A DNA stretch of 64,000 nt from an uncultured Verrucomicrobiae bacterium. Lineage in GTDB: Bacteria > Verrucomicrobiota > Verrucomicrobiia > Chthoniobacterales > JAFAMB01. Both the position numbers and the translations under genes were made by a program. The stretch spans positions 1,440,001 through 1,504,000 of the forward strand of contig CAWIPH010000002.1 in the NCBI GenBank assembly GCA_963837955.1, written 5' to 3'. Below, piece after piece: positions 60,138-64,000 of this stretch (its first letter is position 1; each line of letters starts with the position of its first letter). The notes beneath the pieces are model-generated. The model was not told the DNA's origin. It did not search any database and saw only the letters and a program-made list of their open reading frames with translations.

Positions 60138-61454
60138 CTACGCTTCGCGAACGCCGAGTTGTTGCCAATATCCAGGGTTGATTACAGCACCTGAAGCTTT
60201 GCCAGAATCGTCAAAGGCGAATGACACGCGAGTGCGGTGAATGCCGGTAACCCAAAAATCCGATTCTGACATTGGCTGGAGATTAATGGATTGATCGGTG
60301 TGAAAATCGAAAAAGTCCATCGTAGGTTCGGCCCGGAGTTCGCCCTGCTCAAAGCGAACCTTTAACACCGCTTTTGGTCCAAATCGAAAAGAGCCTGTGC
60401 ACTTCTCAATGCCGGCCGATGAAACAGTGACTGGCTGAGGAGGGACGAATATCGGCTCCTCAGGCACACTGGCCAGGATCGCGTCCCACATGACTTCACC
60501 TGCGATTGTACTGAGATCCGGTAAACTCAGGCTCTGGCTAGCAACTTCTTGAGTCGATAGAGCGAAAAGCGTGTCTCCATCGACACCTGTGGAGAAAGGT
60601 TGGATCCCGCGAGCCATCGATGTATGGACCTGCACAGCCAGGCGCTGCAACGCGGTGTATCCAAGCTTTTGGTTAGTAACAACTGCACTAATTGTTGTAT
60701 TATGCGGGCCGGCTCTATGCGGATCGCTGGATTCAGCCAACCATTCTTCCGAACGGCTCGCTGGCAAGTTGGCTAATAGATCGGACGCTTTCGGCAAATC
60801 GGTCAGCCTATTCCTAAACTTTACCAGCCGGCCATCTCGGTTGGTGATGGCTCCGCTCGAGTTTACAACGACGAATGCGGCCACCTTCAGGTCGTCGATC
60901 CGGCGGAACGCGCCTCCTTGGCCCGAGTGGACGCCCCAGCCGAAAGCAGCTCCTTGCATGGCCATTCTGCCTGCGCCTTGCGCGCCCAATGGAAAAATGC
61001 CTGGCCGGAGGGCGTGTAACGCGGCCTGAGCCAACCTCTTGTCCGGATAAACCTCGTTCAGCCGTCGTCCGAAAAAATCGTATATGATAGCGCCGGCCAC
61101 CAAAGCCACGTTGTCCCAATCTCCGCCGTATACTCCGTCATCTTTCAATCCAGTGGCAACGGCGGTAATCGCCTCTTCGCCATATGCGGAGCCACCCGCA
61201 AAGACGATGGCGTCGACATTTGGATCTTCATAACCAAGGCGCAAATAGTCCGTATTCACGGTTCCCGGAGAGCCACCGCGAACGTCAACTGCTGCAGTGG
61301 CAGAGTGGGGGAAGCGGAAGATGGTCAGCCCAGTCGGTCCCTCTTCATAGGATCCGACACCGATATGGATAGCCGGCCAGTCAAATCGCAGAGCCGGTCC
61401 GTGAATTTCGGTATCGGCTTTGAGGTAATCTTGAGGCGTTCCGGCAGACACCAT
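60138..61454 (-). CDS. DmpA/S58 Ntn hydrolase, NylC (6-aminohexanoate-oligomer endohydrolase)-like, with extra C-terminal domain
   Basis: LRFDWP, YEEGPTG, VDVRGG, IYDF, VYPDK, GQGGAFRR, NTTISAVVTN, RGIQPF..DGDTLFA, EVMWDA. Confidence 0.85.
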   Translation of the reverse strand: MVSAGTPQDYLKADTEIHGPALRFDWPAIHIGVGSYEEGPTGLTIFRFPHSATAAVDVRGGSPGTVNTDYLRLGYEDPNVDAIVFAGGSAYGEEAITAVATGLKDDGVYGGDWDNVALVAGAIIYDFFGRRLNEVYPDKRLAQAALHALRPGIFPLGAQGAGRMAMQGAAFGWGVHSGQGGAFRRIDDLKVAAFVVVNSSGAITNRDGRLVKFRNRLTDLPKASDLLANLPASRSEEWLAESSDPHRAGPHNTTISAVVTNQKLGYTALQRLAVQVHTSMARGIQPFSTGVDGDTLFALSTQEVASQSLSLPDLSTIAGEVMWDAILASVPEEPIFVPPQPVTVSSAGIEKCTGSFRFGPKAVLKVRFEQGELRAEPTMDFFDFHTDQSINLQPMSESDFWVTGIHRTRVSFAFDDSGKASGAVINPGYWQQLGVREA

Positions 61455-61655
61455 AAGAAAAGTGCTGTCAGTTACTATCACCTAACTTGAAGTTAAGCGA
61501 TACCTCCAGCATCTTCTGTCAACTTCCGGTGCATTGAGGCGTTTCCGTCTCGGGTGGGTGAAGAACTGCCCGTTTGAGCTATTGCGGATGGGAGAGCTCT
61601 TCAGGATTCTTGCTCGACCAAAATACCGGCAGGGGCCAACTTGAGAAGTTCATCG

Positions 61656-63116
61656 ATGAAAAGACGACGGGCCATTTGTGTCGGGCTGCTCGGCCTTGCC
61701 GGTGCTGTGGTGACAGTGGCCCTGATGCTGCACGACTACGCACGCGCGGATGTAATAGGCGGGCCGCTTCCGGCACCGCCCCTGCCGCGAGATACGATCC
61801 AACTCACTCCCGTGGAGAGGCTCGGGAAATTGATGCTCTACGATAGCACGCTGTCGAATCCTTCGGGCTACTCCTGCGCCTCCTGCCACGTGCCCGAGAC
61901 GGGCCTTACGGGACCCAATTCCGAAATTAACGCGTTCGCTGGTCCACAGCCCGGGATCGTGCCTGGGCGATTCAGCGATCGCAAGCCCCAGAGTTATCTC
62001 TACGCCGCCTTCAGTCCTGAGGGCCCCTATTATGACCCCCATTTGCACACTTGGCTGGGCGGGAATTTCTGGGATGGCCGCGTTCCCGATCTCGCTAAAC
62101 AGGGACTGCAGCCACCCCTCAATCCGAACGAGATGGCAAATACCCCTGAGGGACCTTACCCGCCCGCTTCGGGAGGGTATCCGCCACTCCTCGTTCAGAA
62201 GCTCGAGAACCGGCCATATACCGCGTTATTCAAGCAGGTATACGGCCAGGACGCCTTCCATCTCTATACCCCGAAACAGATCTACGAACTCTTCGGTGAA
62301 GCACTCGCTGCATACCAATCCTCGGGAGAGGTCTGCGCGTTCAGTTCGAAGTACGATGCCTCCAAATATGGGACGCCGCCGAGAAACCTCTATACCCTCT
62401 CCGCATCCGAGGAACGCGGAAGACAATTGTACTTCGGGCAGGCCCAATGCTCGGCGTGCCACTCCTCCGCGGCAGTACCCGCTATCCAAGCCATGACGCA
62501 GGGAAAAGACACGCTTACCATGTACTGCTATGCGAATGTCGGCGTCCCGAAAAATCTGGGCAACCCCTACTACCAACAGACCGACAAGGAGTCCAATCCT
62601 CACGGGTACAATTCACTTGGGACCAACTACGTCGATTACGGCCTGGGAGCGAACCCCAATCCAGCTCCCGACGGGACCAGATTCTACCAAAATGTTCACG
62701 GTGACATTCCCGAGTTCCGCGGACTCTTCAAGACACCGAGCATGCGCGGCACCGACAAGCGGCCCTCGCCGAATTTCGTGAAGGCTTACATGCACAATGG
62801 CGTCTTTAAGAGCCTCAAGGACGTCGTTCACTTTTACAACAAGCGGAACATCGCCGTGGACGCCAACGGCAAAGAGATCGCCTTCGACCTCCGCAAAGGT
62901 CCGCCGTCTGGCTACACCCCGCTATTCCCTCCGCCGGAGGTCCTCGAAAACGTGCAGAACGTCACCGGACTGACGCCCGCCCAGGCGGCTTCGGCGAACG
63001 AGTCGAACGGGCAGGTCGGCAATCTCCAGCTCAGTCCCCAACAGGAGGATGACCTCGTTAACTTTCTCAAGATCCTTACCGACGGGTACACCAAACCGAA
63101 CCCTGTCTCGCCGTGA
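61656..63116 (+). CDS. Di-heme cytochrome c peroxidase/MauG superfamily protein
   Basis: CASCH and CSACH heme motifs, FWDGR, NPNEM, FKTPSMR, YMHNG; N-terminal export signal. Confidence 0.9.
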   Translation: MKRRRAICVGLLGLAGAVVTVALMLHDYARADVIGGPLPAPPLPRDTIQLTPVERLGKLMLYDSTLSNPSGYSCASCHVPETGLTGPNSEINAFAGPQPGIVPGRFSDRKPQSYLYAAFSPEGPYYDPHLHTWLGGNFWDGRVPDLAKQGLQPPLNPNEMANTPEGPYPPASGGYPPLLVQKLENRPYTALFKQVYGQDAFHLYTPKQIYELFGEALAAYQSSGEVCAFSSKYDASKYGTPPRNLYTLSASEERGRQLYFGQAQCSACHSSAAVPAIQAMTQGKDTLTMYCYANVGVPKNLGNPYYQQTDKESNPHGYNSLGTNYVDYGLGANPNPAPDGTRFYQNVHGDIPEFRGLFKTPSMRGTDKRPSPNFVKAYMHNGVFKSLKDVVHFYNKRNIAVDANGKEIAFDLRKGPPSGYTPLFPPPEVLENVQNVTGLTPAQAASANESNGQVGNLQLSPQQEDDLVNFLKILTDGYTKPNPVSP

Positions 63117-63127
63117 TGGCGTCGCCG

Positions 63128-63150
63128 GTAGGCTGATGCTCCAGCCTCAG
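63128..63150 (+). repeat. Family D REP unit
   Basis: GTAGGCTGATGCTCCAGCCTCAG, one mismatch to 38932-38954. Confidence 0.7.
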
Positions 63151-63227
63151 TAACCCAAGGGCGAATCGAACTTCGTGTTCGGTTTTTCCTAGGGGTCATA
63201 ACAGAATTCTGGCGCGATTTCCATTTG

Positions 63228-63416
63228 TTAGACGTCGGCTTTTGAGTCTACGACTAGCCTGAGATTTTGAATAAGTTGGGCTTGGGCACTTATGACAGCG
63301 AGCGCATGCTCAAGCGCCTCGCTGAGGTTATTTGCTCTGTGGGCCGCCCGCGCTTTAGCGAGTCGATTGTTGGTTTCCGTAATCGCTGGGTCCCAGATAG
63401 TATCACTGGTGTTCAT
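63228..63416 (-). CDS. Small helical hypothetical protein
   Basis: 62-aa ORF with amphipathic helices; no recognised motif. Confidence 0.4.
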   Translation of the reverse strand: MNTSDTIWDPAITETNNRLAKARAAHRANNLSEALEHALAVISAQAQLIQNLRLVVDSKADV

Positions 63417-63836
63417 CGCCCGGTTTTAGCTGCGCTAGAGCGGATTGTCGATCATCACAGCCTGCTGGCGATATACGCAATTTGACGTATTGCGATGCGG
63501 ATGGGTCTAGTAAGCTCGGCATATGCCAAATCCAGACCAGAAAACTGAGACCGAACTTCTTGAACGAGCAAAGCATTTAGCCGGACAATTAAGCGACCAA
63601 AGGACGATCACTATTTTTTGCGCCTTGTTGATCGCTGACGCAATCCGCCACGGTAGTGGACGGATTACTGAAGCTATATCAGCGCACTGATAACTAGTTG
63701 CCCAGCTGTTACCATCTGCTGAAATTGATAAGCAGTTTCGTCGAACGGCGAGCGGGTGCGTTCCATCGGTCGAAGCTGCCGATCCATACTGCGCAGTAAA
63801 GGCGGCGACCGAAAACTATTTCGCGAAAGCGCGCCG

Positions 63837-63998
63837 TCAGAACCCGGAACGCGGAGGTTGGCTAGGTGGTTGCGGGACGCTCGGCAACTGTTCCCACGAG
63901 GCACCATCAGTGTGGACGGAGAACCTCCAAATTGTGCCGTCGTCACAGATAACAACGTACTGGTTATTCGTGTAAGAGGAGATCGCGAGCGGTTTTCT
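63837..63998 (-). CDS. 3' part of a small phage-type hypothetical protein (start outside the window)
   Basis: Manual translation RKPLAISSYTNNQYVVICDDGTIWRFSVHTDGASWEQLPSVPQP...; CDDGT.W...W..LP..PQ pattern. Confidence 0.5.
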   Translation of the reverse strand, partial: RKPLAISSYTNNQYVVICDDGTIWRFSVHTDGASWEQLPSVPQPPSQPPRSGF

Positions 63999-64000
63999 TT

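Noticed and set aside
63674..63955. 93-aa ORF from the track
   Set aside because: It overlaps a different minus frame (63837-63998) with a more convincing motif.
1..64000. CRISPR array, cas genes, rRNA, IS transposase, RAYT, intein in nrdJ
   Set aside because: None recognised; repeats are dispersed palindromes or short tandem units, and NrdJ motifs are contiguous.

Overview
This is a 64-kb window of a bacterial chromosome. Gene content (DUF2851, TIGR03790, excisionase-HTH/receiver fusion, PilD with a soluble insertion, frequent SD-less starts) points to Verrucomicrobiota, probably a soil Chthoniobacterales/Spartobacteria lineage; this taxonomy is inference. Most of it is housekeeping and transport: gltIJKL, SulP, an MHS-type MFS, dnaX-ybaB, rex, fumC (frameshifted), mpl, class II RNR nrdJ with NrdR boxes, recN, pilD, gmhA, der, pgsA, CBS-PPase, an Rrf2-linked sulfate ABC operon, a metal ABC operon with a palindromic operator, a sugar ABC operon, tRNA-Asn and tRNA-Arg. 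Two accessory patches stand out. (1) About 19.2-22.1 kb, beside tRNA-Arg: an HNH DNase toxin plus SUKH/YrhA immunity pair with an inverted architecture (nuclease first, about 150-aa extension and basic tail last, no Hcp/Rhs/LXG carrier), followed by a GGCT and an acidic micro-ORF, and bounded by a GxxExxY remnant. (2) About 58-64 kb: a frameshifted VOC-GAF fusion, a NylC (nylon-oligomer hydrolase)-like Ntn hydrolase with an extra domain, a di-heme bCcP/MauG enzyme and phage-like small ORFs. Intergenic DNA carries at least four REP/REPIN-like palindrome families, one showing covariation and one forming a nested composite. All family assignments come from motif recognition and remembered sequences; no database search was run.
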